The notes under the pieces are model-generated. The model was given only the letters and a program-made list of their open reading frames with translations. It was not told the DNA's origin and ran no database searches. DNA of 64,000 bases from Dehalococcoidales bacterium (lineage in GTDB: Bacteria; Chloroflexota; Dehalococcoidia; Dehalococcoidales; RBG-16-60-22). The stretch covers positions 25,447-89,446 of the forward strand of contig NZCW01000011.1 in the NCBI GenBank assembly GCA_002688435.1, in the 5' to 3' direction. A program made the position numbers and the translations under genes. Below are positions 30,433-41,526 of the stretch, one piece after another. How positions within the stretch are numbered: position 1 is the stretch's first letter; each line of letters opens with the position of its first letter.

Positions 30433-30969
30433 ATGGAAGAGGCTATAGCCCTGATTGAGCAGATTATTGAGGAGCATGGGCAAATCATACGGGGGCTCCA
30501 AGCCTTAGAACGTGTGACCAATGATGCCGACGCTTTGAAGGTACTGGACAAGGCCCAGGGTGATTTTGTCCCGGGTCGGTTGGGCGACCACCAGCCCGGT
30601 CTGCAAAGCTGGCGGGACTCACTGGAAGTCACCGACCAGGGAATGCGGGCTCACTTTAACCGTGAAGAAATATCTCTTTTACCTGTAATAGAAAATCACG
30701 GCAGCGAGACGCAAGTCTCAAGTTGGCGTGCCTGGCTCTCTGAACACGAAGAGCTCAGAAACCATCTTGCCGTGCTAAAAAAAGAGCTAGCTGAACTGAC
30801 GGCGGAACACCTGTCCCGCAAAGTGTGGGAAGAGCGAGCGTGGGGTATAAGGGTCTATATGTCGCAAACGCATCGGCTGTTTCACAAGCATACCCGCGGC
30901 GAGCAAAAACTCCTGCTGTCAATAAAAAAGGGACTTCAGGAGAAAATAAAGATGGAACAACAAACTTGA
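30433..30969 (+). CDS. Hemerythrin/HHE-domain-like protein
   Basis: EEH, HFNREE..LLP, EH, H...E spacing. Confidence 0.7.
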   Translation: MEEAIALIEQIIEEHGQIIRGLQALERVTNDADALKVLDKAQGDFVPGRLGDHQPGLQSWRDSLEVTDQGMRAHFNREEISLLPVIENHGSETQVSSWRAWLSEHEELRNHLAVLKKELAELTAEHLSRKVWEERAWGIRVYMSQTHRLFHKHTRGEQKLLLSIKKGLQEKIKMEQQT

Positions 30970-30997
30970 ACTGTAAGGTAGCTGAAAGGGTATATTC

Positions 30998-32185
30998 GTG
31001 AGGCGAGTATATCTAGATAATGCGGCGGCCACCCCCCTCCGGCCCGAAGTCCGTGAAGCGATGATACCTTATCTTGAGGAATCCTTTGCCAATCCGTCTT
31101 CTCTCCACGACTGGGGGGACGCTCCGCGGGAAGCTATGGGAACGGCCAGAAGTCAGGTAGCCCGGCTTATTGGTGCCCGCGCCGAAGAAGTTATCTTCAC
31201 CGGCAGCGGCACCGAGAGCAACAACCTTGCCATTAAAGGGCTGGCGCTGGCCCAGCAAAACAAGGGTAAGCATGTGATCGTCTCGGCTATCGAGCATTTC
31301 TCGGTACTGCACTCGGCCAAGACCATGGAAAAATGGGGCTTTGAGCTGACCTTAGTCCCAGTGGATAAATACGGGGTGGTTGACCCGGAGAAAGTACGGC
31401 GCAGTATCAGGAAGGATACGGTGCTGGTCTCCATCATGCACGCCAATGGCGAGGTGGGCACCATCGAGCCGATAGCGGAGATTGCCCGAATAACCAAAGG
31501 GAATAATGTGCTTTTCCATACTGATGCCGTGGCTACGGCGGGCACCATTCCGGTTAATGTCGAAGAGCTGGGGGTAGACGCCCTGAGCCTAGCGGGTAAC
31601 CAGTTCTATGGCCCTAAAGGAGTGGGTGCCCTCTGGGTACGAAAAGGGGTACGCATTATGCCCCTCTTTGATGGTGGGATACAGGAAGGAGGGCGGCGTG
31701 CCGGTACGGAAGACGTCCCAGCTATTGTCGGCCTAGGTGCAGCAGCCAAGCTAGCCGAAGCCAATATGACCACTCGAATGGAGCATCTCGGCCCGCTCCG
31801 CGACCGCCTGTTACAGGAATTACCCGCCAGAATTGACCACGTAGTGGTTACCGGGCATCCTCAAAATCGCTTACCGGGGAACGCTAGCTTCTGCGTGGAG
31901 TTTATCGAGGGTGAGGCTATGCTTATGCTGTTGAATAGCCAAGGGATTGCCACCGCCAGTAGTTCAGCCTGTACCTCAAAGGCACTTAAAGCTTCACATG
32001 TGCTTATCGGTATGGGAATATCTCACGCACTGGCCCAAGGCTCCGTCCTCTTTACTTTTGGTATAGCTAATACCGAGGAAGACGTCGATTATGTTCTGGA
32101 GATGATGCCGCCGCCGGTGGACCGACTGCGGCAGATGTCACCGCTCTATACCAAATATACTAAGTCGGGCAAAGAGGTCGGGTAG
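30998..32185 (+). CDS. iscS: Cysteine desulfurase family (IscS/NifS) protein lacking the PLP lysine
   Basis: [34 protein letters not shown] (Q at K position), RAGTE, SACTS. Confidence 0.88.
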   Translation: MRRVYLDNAAATPLRPEVREAMIPYLEESFANPSSLHDWGDAPREAMGTARSQVARLIGARAEEVIFTGSGTESNNLAIKGLALAQQNKGKHVIVSAIEHFSVLHSAKTMEKWGFELTLVPVDKYGVVDPEKVRRSIRKDTVLVSIMHANGEVGTIEPIAEIARITKGNNVLFHTDAVATAGTIPVNVEELGVDALSLAGNQFYGPKGVGALWVRKGVRIMPLFDGGIQEGGRRAGTEDVPAIVGLGAAAKLAEANMTTRMEHLGPLRDRLLQELPARIDHVVVTGHPQNRLPGNASFCVEFIEGEAMLMLLNSQGIATASSSACTSKALKASHVLIGMGISHALAQGSVLFTFGIANTEEDVDYVLEMMPPPVDRLRQMSPLYTKYTKSGKEVG

Positions 32186-32268
32186 CCTACCAGTTTATCG
32201 CCAAAAAGTAATAGAATACTGCATAACAATTAACCACATAGGCAAGATTAAGAATTAAGTTACCTAGC

Positions 32269-32349
32269 TCCAATCTAGGTGCCCAAGCTCTCACTAAGGC
32301 CATAAAGGATTACCTGATCAGGAAGAAACCGCGAAGAGGGAAGAAGTGA
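32269..32349 (+). pseudogene. iscU: C-terminal remnant of IscU/NifU scaffold
   Basis: SNLGAQALTKAIKDY matches the IscU HCSNL..AL..AI.DY end; the rest of the gene is missing after iscS. Confidence 0.75.
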
Positions 32350-32541
32350 TACCGAACCAGAGGGAAAAAGGAGTGCCTTTTCTGTCCCTACTGTGACGAG
32401 GAGATGAAAGCCTCGGATGACGCCTGCTGCCTGGCTTACGGGATAACCGTTTTCTACTACCCTGCCTGCCGGATACCGGTAGCTCGTGATAAAAAGGCCT
32501 GTCCTTATTGTCGGGTTAAGATTAAGGACGAGCAAGTATGA
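32346..32541 (+). pseudogene. Degenerate double zinc-ribbon protein
   Basis: CPYC..CLAY..YPAC..CPYC (two Cys appear replaced by Tyr); likely start GTG is out of frame. Confidence 0.6.
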
Positions 32542-32587
32542 ATTTGAAAACTAGACTCGCATTCTTCTGTACTTATTTATTGCAGCA

Positions 32588-33349
32588 TCACAGGGTTAAG
32601 CCGCCATCAACAAACAAAATCTGGCCGGTAACATAATCCGACGCATCCGAGGCAAGGAATACGGCAGCACCGACATAATCCCCGGGGTACGCCACCCTAC
32701 CCTTAGGTGTCAATCTGAGGTACTCCTCAAGCGCCTCGGGGTGCTCTTCCAGGAAGTACTTCTTGTTCATGTCGGTGATAGTGACGCTTGGCGCCAGAAC
32801 ATTAACGTTAATATTGTAACTTCCCCACTCTTGGGCTAATGCCCGTGTTAAATTGTTCAGCCCGGCTTTAGAGGTGGCGTAAACGGAACGTAAAGGCTGC
32901 TGTCTGGACGAGACATTAGAAGATATATTGATGATTCTTCCCCTATTATTTTTTATCATTTCCCGTCCCACTGTCTGGCAGCAGAAGAAGACAGCTTTCA
33001 GGTTGGTATTGATGACATAATCCCAGTCCTCTTCTGAAATCTCTACGACCGGTTTTTTCACCAACACACCAGTATTGTTGACCAGAATGTCGATTCTCCC
33101 CAGATCGCCGATTACTTTGGCGACCATTTGATTAATCGAAGATGTGCTGGTCACATCAGCCGGAACAGCTACGGCACTTAACCCATCTTCCCTGAGAGAC
33201 TCGGCCGCGCTTTGTCCTTCCGCAGCTTTTCGGTTAACGATAACGACGGTCGCACCGGCGTTGGCCAGCCCCTTGGAAATACCCAGCCCGATACCTCTAT
33301 TTCCGCCCGTGACCACCGCAATTCTCCCTGAAAGGTCAAAAAGATCCAT
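32588..33349 (-). CDS. Short-chain dehydrogenase/reductase
   Basis: TGGNRGIG, NNTG, YATSK, VDGG. Confidence 0.92.
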   Translation of the reverse strand: MDLFDLSGRIAVVTGGNRGIGLGISKGLANAGATVVIVNRKAAEGQSAAESLREDGLSAVAVPADVTSTSSINQMVAKVIGDLGRIDILVNNTGVLVKKPVVEISEEDWDYVINTNLKAVFFCCQTVGREMIKNNRGRIINISSNVSSRQQPLRSVYATSKAGLNNLTRALAQEWGSYNINVNVLAPSVTITDMNKKYFLEEHPEALEEYLRLTPKGRVAYPGDYVGAAVFLASDASDYVTGQILFVDGGLTL

Positions 33350-33379
33350 ATATCCCCCTTAAATAATCCTTCATTGCAT

Positions 33380-34606
33380 TCAGACAACAGCTCCAGTTTT
33401 TCGTAACACCCTGATCGCTTCTTGTGTGTAGCCTAATCCTAACAAGGTTTCATCTGTATGTTGTCCAGGAAGAGGTCCAAGTCTGCGGATAGAACCGGGG
33501 GTTTGCGACAGCTTGATAGGAATGCCAACTTGCTTGACTTTACCTTCTCTAGGGTGATCAAATTCAATCACCATGTTTCGATGTAGCAACTGCGCATCAG
33601 TTAGAACCTCATCTAATGAGTTCACCTTGCTCACACTAACTTCTGCCTGACTTAGCAGATCAAACCATTCCGTTCTGGTCTTGCTTAAGAAAATGTCCCG
33701 AAGGCAAGAAAATACTTCTTTGCCTTTCTGTTCACCTGCCTCTCGCGTTACAGCTAATACAAATCCTTCATAGAGATCCTCTCTTCCTAATGCTCGGCAA
33801 AGGTTTCGTCTATATTTAGGCTCGCGACATCCCAGGCTAATATATTTCCCATCCTTAGTTTCATACACTTGGTAAAATGGGTCTTCCGTATATCGACCTA
33901 CTCCTCCAGGTTTAGGTATCGTTTCAGTTAAAAGGTGCCCACAAATATAGGCAGAAAGAAACGAAGTAACACCGTCGCACATGGCTATGTCCACGAATTG
34001 TCCTTTTCCAGTCTTCGTACGAGCTAGGAGTGATGCCAAAATACCAGTAGCCGCCATTAACCCACCACCGCAGTAATCGCCAAGCAAATTAAGCGGTATA
34101 ACTGGTAATCCGTCAACTCCAATAAGCCCCAAAGCGCCTGCCACTGAAATGAAATTGATGTCATGCCCAGGTAGACGACTGTAAGGACCGGTTTGGCCAT
34201 AACCAGTGAGTGAGCAATAAATAAGCTTCGGATTCAGCTTATTTAAAGATTCATAGTCTGCACCGAGTCGTGCCGTCACTCCTGGTCTAAACGCTTCAAT
34301 CAAAACATCCGTTTTTTCGGCGAGTTTATGGAAGACCTGACGGCCTTCGGTTGTTTTTAGATTAATACAAATACTTCTCTTGTTTCGGTCCAGCGGGTTA
34401 TAGGCTCTTAGCTTTTCCATGGAAATGCTATCCGGCAGTGGGAAGGGGATATTTAACCATTCGTCAGCCGCCTCTATACCTGTCCGTTCAACCTTTATAA
34501 CATCCGCTCCGAGATCCCCTAAAATCATGGCGCAGAATGGTCCAGATACTAGACGAGTCATATCCAGCACTAGGATGCCGTCCAAAACTTGTTGTGCATT
34601 AGTCAT
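33380..34606 (-). CDS. Class III CoA-transferase (CaiB/BaiF/AMACR family)
   Basis: LGDLGADVIKVE, RNKRSI, FRPGV, GYGQTGPY..GHDIN, GD..GG. Confidence 0.93.
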   Translation of the reverse strand: MTNAQQVLDGILVLDMTRLVSGPFCAMILGDLGADVIKVERTGIEAADEWLNIPFPLPDSISMEKLRAYNPLDRNKRSICINLKTTEGRQVFHKLAEKTDVLIEAFRPGVTARLGADYESLNKLNPKLIYCSLTGYGQTGPYSRLPGHDINFISVAGALGLIGVDGLPVIPLNLLGDYCGGGLMAATGILASLLARTKTGKGQFVDIAMCDGVTSFLSAYICGHLLTETIPKPGGVGRYTEDPFYQVYETKDGKYISLGCREPKYRRNLCRALGREDLYEGFVLAVTREAGEQKGKEVFSCLRDIFLSKTRTEWFDLLSQAEVSVSKVNSLDEVLTDAQLLHRNMVIEFDHPREGKVKQVGIPIKLSQTPGSIRRLGPLPGQHTDETLLGLGYTQEAIRVLRKTGAVV

Positions 34607-34829
34607 TTCAACCTCCCATCATTTGTTCCGCCTCATCTTATCAATAGAAATGTGAATATATTCAGCAAAAGTGGGACAGCTAAACTGGAAACAGCTCTCC
34701 TACCATTACTTTGCTGCCAACTAAGTGCGGCTGTAACACTACAGAGTACAAGGGACTGATAGCTCTCAGTTAGAATAGATAACCGCGTTACGGTATACTA
34801 ATATTTAATGCAAAAGGGAGAGATTGAAT

Positions 34830-35801
34830 CTAGACCTTCAATTCGCCATTTTCTAGCACACATAAATCATCTAACCAAACTGTGGGCTTGGTAATTAGCA
34901 CGTCCTTGTGAAGCAGGCTAAAGGTTTGCCCACCGATATCATTATTTCGGCCCAACCCTATATGCGCGGTTCCGGCAAGCCCATATTCCCAGCTCCAACC
35001 CTGAAGATCCTTATCTTGAGTATGGCCGGTTGCGATACCAAGTTCGCAGGCACAATTGGACGCGTTATCGTCTATAGTCAACAGTTCATTAAATCTCTTC
35101 ACGTAATCTTCTGGTCCCATTACTCCTGTTATTTTCCCCTTTTTAATGGTTAATCGTATAGGTTCTCTTAGTACAAAGTTCCAGGTCTGCACAGAGGCGT
35201 CAGCTACCAATATGCCTTCAGTTGTACCTTCTACCGGTGCGATTGCCATTTCCGCATAATCCGGAACAGTTACTACAGTCGAGCCTAGAGGATGAATGGG
35301 TATCCCTTTTCTGCTCTTGAGACTCATCTTGAGATCAGTACCATAGGGCGAAGTGATCTTTGCCTCGTCGGAGTGCGATGCTATTTCGGCCAAGCGCTCA
35401 GACCTCTCTTTCATTAACTTCATGTCATCTAGAGAGATCTCCCTACTGAAGTAATCCTCTGAGAGATGTGACATTGCATTAACAAATAGTATCCCCTTCT
35501 CGGTCGCTTTCTTGCGAGCATCGGTATGAACAATATCAAAAGTGTCAGCTACATGGAAAATTACATCAGCTTCAAGCATTGCTACTGCAATCGATGGCGG
35601 TGGTTCATGCCCTTGACGGGTACGCCGTTTCATAATAGCCACAATTGCTTCTGCGCCCACGAGCTCGCAGGTTTCAGCAACTTGTTCGCTGATCTTAATA
35701 GAACGAACATAATCATCAGAAAGTATAAAAACTTGCTGTCCGGGTTTGACCCTCATGCAACTCCTAACAATTAGATCGAACAACGGCATTCTCCCAAACA
35801 T
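34830..35801 (-). CDS. M29/aminopeptidase T-like (NicX-like) metallohydrolase
   Basis: EPP..A.AM..AD, GTDL, E...P.EG..EG, ELGI, HIGLG.N...GG..H.D. Confidence 0.78.
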   Translation of the reverse strand: MFGRMPLFDLIVRSCMRVKPGQQVFILSDDYVRSIKISEQVAETCELVGAEAIVAIMKRRTRQGHEPPPSIAVAMLEADVIFHVADTFDIVHTDARKKATEKGILFVNAMSHLSEDYFSREISLDDMKLMKERSERLAEIASHSDEAKITSPYGTDLKMSLKSRKGIPIHPLGSTVVTVPDYAEMAIAPVEGTTEGILVADASVQTWNFVLREPIRLTIKKGKITGVMGPEDYVKRFNELLTIDDNASNCACELGIATGHTQDKDLQGWSWEYGLAGTAHIGLGRNNDIGGQTFSLLHKDVLITKPTVWLDDLCVLENGELKV

Positions 35802-35826
35802 AACTGCCTCCTTGATACTTTGGTTA

Positions 35827-37929
35827 TTATTTACTTATGCTACGGACTGGAAAGATATGTGCCTCGGTATTCCTCGTATAAAAGCGCGATGTAGCGGTTA
35901 TTCTTCGCACCCATATCTTGTCTTCGGGTTTAACCCCAAGAATAGACTGCCCAATCTTATCCAGTGGTACTTCCCCTTGTTTGAGGCCAGGATCAATGAT
36001 GAGCCAAGCACGGAGCGGGCATATGTGCTTCCCCAGCATCTCCAAAAGATCCCTATCCGCGGCTTGGAGCCTTTTTGCCGTTTCAGGAGCAAGACGGCAT
36101 ACTCGATGCTCACCTTCCATTCCTTCGTATGGATATTCGTCTGAGTGAATTACTTTTAACCAAACACGCTCTTCTATTATCTCCCGTCGCCGCTTATCTG
36201 TTCCTTCCTTACTTATTGACAGATCATCTCGTAAAACGACACCATAATACTCTAAAGCCTGCTCCTTTGATACATATCCATCCTCCACATCTACTTTTAC
36301 ATATTCTGGGTCTCTCTCTATAGGGTCGCCGTAGCCTCCACCACCACCGTGGGTAATCATAAGTAAATCTCCCTTTCGAACAGAAAACCCCGTTACTCTT
36401 GCCGGCGTGTCAAAGTCTCGTACCCGTGTTTCTCCCTTCCTTACGTACATTGTTTTTACGGGATAACCCCAATAGCCTCCAGCTACTCCCCAAGGTGGGA
36501 TAAGCCCGCGGTCTCCCATGGAGCTATAAGTACCATCTTGAAGTAACCTGACATACCGCATCGATCCTAGCCCTCCACGAGTTCTCCCCGGTCCACCAGA
36601 ATCAGAGACTATATCCACTTTCTCTATGAACACAGGGCTTTCGGCTTCCAGAACTGATACAGGAAGAGTTACTCTGATTGCGGCACCGAAATCAATATCT
36701 CCGGTAGCAGTTGCGCCATCCAGATCTTTAAGGGCTGGACATCCACCACCGGGATTATCTAAATAAAAAGGAGCTCTACCTGTTTCAGGAGAAATCGGAA
36801 ATCCAATCATGTGACCCCATGAACAACCATGAGATACCCCGCAGACCAAATCTGGTATAGCTTGAGAGAGGGCTCCCATAACTACGGCAATAGCTCTCTT
36901 TCTGGTTTCACCATGGGATGCTGTTGATACATCTGGTTTAGCATTGACTATAGTACGCTCGGGAGCGATCATCTTGATTGGGCGGAAATTACCTCCATTA
37001 ATTGGAGCTGCTGGATCTAAGATTGATTTAAATGCTATCAAAACCCCACCTAAAGTTACCGCATCGCCTGAATTCACCGCATCATGTACTTGGGGTGACG
37101 AACCGGTAAAATCGGCTAATATCTCTCTACTTTTAATACTGAGCTTGAGTCGCATCACTACGGGATCGAGCTCTCCTCCTTGGTACAGGTGCTCCAGATA
37201 GTCCTCATAATAATATTCACCTTGGGGAAGAGTTTCGATCTTCAGCCTCATCCTTTCTTCGCCAAGATTGAGGATCTCATCTATGCAATTTTTCAGAACC
37301 TCTACCCCAAACTTATCTGCCAGCTCAAGAACACGTGCTCTCCCTCTTTCACAACCTGCAATGAAGGCGTAGAAATCACCACGCACAACGTCGGGATTAC
37401 GCATATTGGCGCACAATAAATCCAGAGCCGCCTTATTAATTTTTCCACCCTCCTGAATCTTGATCGCCGGTATACGTATGCCATCTTGATATATAGAAGT
37501 AGACCTACCTGACATACTGCCGGCAAAAGCCCCTCCGACGTCAGGCCAGTGAGCCCTGATCGCAGTATAACAAATGAGTTTACTGTTACGATAAACAGGT
37601 AAAAACATGAGCACATCGTTAAGGTGAGCTCCCCCTCGGTAAGAATCATTGTGTAGGATTAGGTCGCCAGGCTGTGGTATTCCCAAGTCCTCTAGCGAGC
37701 ATTGTATGGACCATTGGCTTGGGATAACATGGCCGGGATGATCCTCTCCTTGGGCAAGAAGTTCACCATTTGCAGCAAATAAGCCACAGGAGAAATCCTC
37801 CATAACCGCAATGGAGTAAGAATGAGCACACCTTATTGTATTGGCACGCATTTCACGTGCTATCTGTATGGTCCCCTCACTTGCGGTAGCTAGAACAATT
37901 GGATCATTTTTCATAGCTTGCCTTTCCAT
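35827..37929 (-). CDS. Hydantoinase B / oxoprolinase-type subunit with C-terminal extension
   Basis: DFSCG, GGAHLND, HWPDVGG, SGGPGRTRGGLG, GGGGYGDP..RDP. Confidence 0.9.
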   Translation of the reverse strand: MERQAMKNDPIVLATASEGTIQIAREMRANTIRCAHSYSIAVMEDFSCGLFAANGELLAQGEDHPGHVIPSQWSIQCSLEDLGIPQPGDLILHNDSYRGGAHLNDVLMFLPVYRNSKLICYTAIRAHWPDVGGAFAGSMSGRSTSIYQDGIRIPAIKIQEGGKINKAALDLLCANMRNPDVVRGDFYAFIAGCERGRARVLELADKFGVEVLKNCIDEILNLGEERMRLKIETLPQGEYYYEDYLEHLYQGGELDPVVMRLKLSIKSREILADFTGSSPQVHDAVNSGDAVTLGGVLIAFKSILDPAAPINGGNFRPIKMIAPERTIVNAKPDVSTASHGETRKRAIAVVMGALSQAIPDLVCGVSHGCSWGHMIGFPISPETGRAPFYLDNPGGGCPALKDLDGATATGDIDFGAAIRVTLPVSVLEAESPVFIEKVDIVSDSGGPGRTRGGLGSMRYVRLLQDGTYSSMGDRGLIPPWGVAGGYWGYPVKTMYVRKGETRVRDFDTPARVTGFSVRKGDLLMITHGGGGGYGDPIERDPEYVKVDVEDGYVSKEQALEYYGVVLRDDLSISKEGTDKRRREIIEERVWLKVIHSDEYPYEGMEGEHRVCRLAPETAKRLQAADRDLLEMLGKHICPLRAWLIIDPGLKQGEVPLDKIGQSILGVKPEDKIWVRRITATSRFYTRNTEAHIFPVRSISK

Positions 37930-37934
37930 GTTAG

Positions 37935-39968
37935 CTATCCTTCATTCTTTAGGATCAGGTTTCCTAAATCATCAACGTGGGCTACCCATCCAGGCTGAAC
38001 CACTGTTGTAGATCCCAATTCCTCAAAAATAACTGGACCATTAATGCATATTCCTTCTGGCACGTCATCTCTCCGGTAGATCGGTGTCTCTACAAAACTC
38101 CCAGCAAATCGTACAGGGCGATTTTCTTTAAGCGCATCGGCCAGCTTATTAATTTTTGTTGGTACTTTCATTATCCTTGCTTTCTCTTTTAATCCCCAGG
38201 CGTCGACAATAAGCTCCATGATCATCAGCCGCTCAGTGAAGCCGAACTGAAAGCGTTCTCGGTGAGCAGTGTAAAATGATTTTTCCAACTCCTCAATTGA
38301 GGGTGCCATAGGTATCTCTAATTCATAATGCTGCTGGGGGTATTTAATACTCAATCGCTCTTCGAAACGCATATTACTCTGCTTAAAGCCTTCACCAATA
38401 AGCTGTTTTTCTCCTATTGTACGTAGTTCTCTAAATATGGAGTAGATGTTATCAATAGTGGCCTCGGATGTCATGATTCTTACCGGCCTTGAATACTGAT
38501 GGAATACGTTGGACTGAAGCATTCCAGTCGAGCAGAAGTGTCCCGGTCTCACAGGACTCACTACCTTTTTAATACCTAGTTGCGAGGCGATCCCCGTAGC
38601 AAACATGGGACCAGCACCACCATAAGCTACTAGCGCAAAATCCCTTACGTCATGGCCTCTACCAGTGGAAACCTCTTTAACCGCACCAACCATTTTCAGT
38701 GTGACCAAGTCAATAATTGCTTCAGCTATCCGATATTCATCCGCTACTCCCAGACAGTGCCCTACTCGAGAAACGGCTTCTCTGGATAATTCCGAATGTA
38801 AAGAAATCTCTCCAACAAGTGACTCCTTACCGTTAAGCCACCCTAACACCAACACAGCATCAGTGATTGTGGCCTCAGCACCACCCAGATTATAGCAAGC
38901 TGGACCAGGGTTTGCTCCCTGACTCATAGGTCCAACCTTAAATTCTCCAGCTATATCGACCCATGCAATACTACCTCCACCAGCACCGATCGCATTTATA
39001 TCTAGCTGAGGAGAAGTATTTGGGTAGCCTGATACTGCTACATCTCTGATAGTGGGTGGTCGGAAGGATTTAATCAAACAAACATCCGTGCTCGTTCCTC
39101 CCATATCATACGAGATGACATTTTCCAATCCCAGAAGTTCCGCGAGATGCGCAGCTGCTGCAACACCCGCGGCTGGTCCCGAGTTTACTGTGAATATAGG
39201 AAAGGTGAAAGCCTGCTCCACACCCGTTGCTCCACCTCCGGCTACTGTTATCCAAAAGGACCCACGATAACCCTCGGTAGTCAAGAAACTAACTATCTTC
39301 TTAAGATAAGGATGTACCAATGGTCCTATATAGCTGTTTAACACTGTGGTGGAAAATCTCTCGAATTCTCCTCTATGCTTACTTACTTCTGAGGATACTG
39401 AAGTGAATAGACTGGGCAGTAATTCTTGAACAAGCGCTTTTGCCTGCATTTCATTTTGATTTTGCATTTGCGAGGCGACAAAGCAAATGGCAATTGCTTT
39501 CGCATCAGTCTTAGCAATCTGAGATAAAACTTGCCGCAGCTCTTCCTGATCAAGAGGTTGCAGAACCGACCCGTCAATTAAAACTCGTTCTGCTATCTCG
39601 TAGATCCGGGATCTCCTTACAAGCGGCTCTGGCCTTCTTCCTTTGATATCATATAACACGCTCCGCACTGCGCCATCCATCGCCAGCACACCCGCGTGAC
39701 CTTTGGTTGTAATCATAGATACCTGAGGGCCTTTTTTCTGAATTACGGCATTAGTGCCAACGGTTGTGCCGTGAACGAAATCAGATAAGGACGCTACACT
39801 TATTCCAAGCTTGTCTATCCCTTTTCTTAAGCCCTCGAACGGGTCACTCGGCGTAGTAGGTGTTTTAACGAAATTGAAAACTTTCGAATCTTCATTGTAA
39901 AGAGTTAGGTCTGTGAACGTCCCTCCTATATCAATCCCAAGCCGTTGTGCACTTTCCTTTTTGACCAT
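37935..39968 (-). CDS. Hydantoinase A / oxoprolinase ATP-binding subunit
   Basis: DIGGTFTD, HGTTVGTN, SGPAAG, DMGGTSTD, IGAGGGS, YGGAG. Confidence 0.93.
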   Translation of the reverse strand: MVKKESAQRLGIDIGGTFTDLTLYNEDSKVFNFVKTPTTPSDPFEGLRKGIDKLGISVASLSDFVHGTTVGTNAVIQKKGPQVSMITTKGHAGVLAMDGAVRSVLYDIKGRRPEPLVRRSRIYEIAERVLIDGSVLQPLDQEELRQVLSQIAKTDAKAIAICFVASQMQNQNEMQAKALVQELLPSLFTSVSSEVSKHRGEFERFSTTVLNSYIGPLVHPYLKKIVSFLTTEGYRGSFWITVAGGGATGVEQAFTFPIFTVNSGPAAGVAAAAHLAELLGLENVISYDMGGTSTDVCLIKSFRPPTIRDVAVSGYPNTSPQLDINAIGAGGGSIAWVDIAGEFKVGPMSQGANPGPACYNLGGAEATITDAVLVLGWLNGKESLVGEISLHSELSREAVSRVGHCLGVADEYRIAEAIIDLVTLKMVGAVKEVSTGRGHDVRDFALVAYGGAGPMFATGIASQLGIKKVVSPVRPGHFCSTGMLQSNVFHQYSRPVRIMTSEATIDNIYSIFRELRTIGEKQLIGEGFKQSNMRFEERLSIKYPQQHYELEIPMAPSIEELEKSFYTAHRERFQFGFTERLMIMELIVDAWGLKEKARIMKVPTKINKLADALKENRPVRFAGSFVETPIYRRDDVPEGICINGPVIFEELGSTTVVQPGWVAHVDDLGNLILKNEG

Positions 39969-40209
39969 TACTCCATACCTCACAAATATATAGGATCAAT
40001 ATCTCCATGGCTCCTGTGCCGCAGATAGGCACCAGTTTGGCTTCTCCTTATCCCTCTGGGATACCACAAAAAGCACGAAAGACAATGGGCAAAATTCACT
40101 CAGGCCTAGCACCAGGCCTATCTTTGATCCGAGGTATAACCACTGCCCTCGGATTTCTTGGCGTTAATCAACCCAGATCAGTAAGTTTAACAATATATTA
40201 CCAAATTGC

Positions 40210-41523
40210 CTATGAAATCATCAGGCCGGGAAGCCACAGAGCTAACACTGGGAAAGCGATTATTACTCCCGTACCAATTGCTTGGAGACCTACAAATGGA
40301 ACGCCACCCTTTATTAGATCTACCATAGTGACGCCCGGAGGAGACACCGCCTTGAGGAAGAAAAGAGCGAACCCAAAAGGCGGTGTCAAGAAGGACATCT
40401 GCAGAACCAGATTAAAGACAACGGCAAACCATAGCTGGTTGAAACCTAGAGTCACCGCTATCGGGACAAAAAGAGGCGCGCATAGCATAACGATACCGCC
40501 CGGATCGATAAACATCCCAAGAATGAACAAAATGAGAAGCATGACTATCAGACTGCCTGTGGTGCCAAACGGGAGCCCCATCATCACATCTTCTATCATT
40601 TTCCCGCCACCAAGCACTGTGAAGACACCCACGAAGGAAGTGGCGCCAAAAACAATTATGCAAATCATACCCCAGGTCCTTACCGCAACAAAGAGAGAAT
40701 TCTTTATAACAGGCCAATTCAGCCGGCGGTTAAAGGCAGTTATTATAATGGCACCAACAGCACCAACGCCGGCAGCCTCAGTGGGAGTGGCTACCCCAAA
40801 TAAAATTGACCCCAGCACGGAAACGATAAGTAAAACGGGAGGTATTATCGCTTTAACAAGAAGACTAACCTTTTGTGTTATCGGGATTCTCGTTTCCTCC
40901 TCTGGTACCGCCGGTGCTATCTCTGGTTGCAGGAAACTTCTAAGTAATATGTAACCAATGTATAGAGAAGAAAGGACCAGACCTGGAACGAAACAAGCAA
41001 AGAATAATTTCCCCACCGACATCTCAGCAACGACACCAAAGAGAACCAGTAAAACACTCGGGGGAATAAGGACACCTAAGGCTCCTCCCGCCATTACAGA
41101 GCCGCCAGCTAGTTTCTTATCGTACCCGCGCTTGAGCATCGAGGGAAATGCGATTAGACCCATGGCCACAACAGAAGAGGACACTATACCGGTGGCGGCG
41201 GCGAAAATGGTACAGATTGTCACTGTTGCCACTGCCAGCCCGCCTCTCAATCGCCCCATCCAGACGTGCAGCGCTCCGTAAAGATTGTCGACAAGACCAG
41301 ACTGCCCCAGTACTTGCCCCATTAGAAGGAACAGAGGGCACGCAATGAGCAAATAGTGTGTTTGATAATGGAAGACGCGGTCGACGAGAATATCGACAAT
41401 GCCGGGGCCAAAGGTCAGCAAACCAACCAGCAGTGCGGTACCCCCCATCACAAAGCCCACGGAATACCCGCACATCATAAAGAACAACAGCAGGGCAAAC
41501 ATCCAGAGGGGATTAATTTCCAC
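40210..41523 (-). CDS. dctM: TRAP transporter large permease
   Basis: PLFLLMG, GGLAVA, GVLIPPS, TPTEAA, LTPPFG. Confidence 0.95.
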   Translation of the reverse strand: MEINPLWMFALLLFFMMCGYSVGFVMGGTALLVGLLTFGPGIVDILVDRVFHYQTHYLLIACPLFLLMGQVLGQSGLVDNLYGALHVWMGRLRGGLAVATVTICTIFAAATGIVSSSVVAMGLIAFPSMLKRGYDKKLAGGSVMAGGALGVLIPPSVLLVLFGVVAEMSVGKLFFACFVPGLVLSSLYIGYILLRSFLQPEIAPAVPEEETRIPITQKVSLLVKAIIPPVLLIVSVLGSILFGVATPTEAAGVGAVGAIIITAFNRRLNWPVIKNSLFVAVRTWGMICIIVFGATSFVGVFTVLGGGKMIEDVMMGLPFGTTGSLIVMLLILFILGMFIDPGGIVMLCAPLFVPIAVTLGFNQLWFAVVFNLVLQMSFLTPPFGFALFFLKAVSPPGVTMVDLIKGGVPFVGLQAIGTGVIIAFPVLALWLPGLMIS

Positions 41524-41526
41524 GGA

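Noticed and set aside
40007-40954. 315-aa plus-strand ORF
   Set aside because: Antisense shadow of dctM with no recognisable motifs
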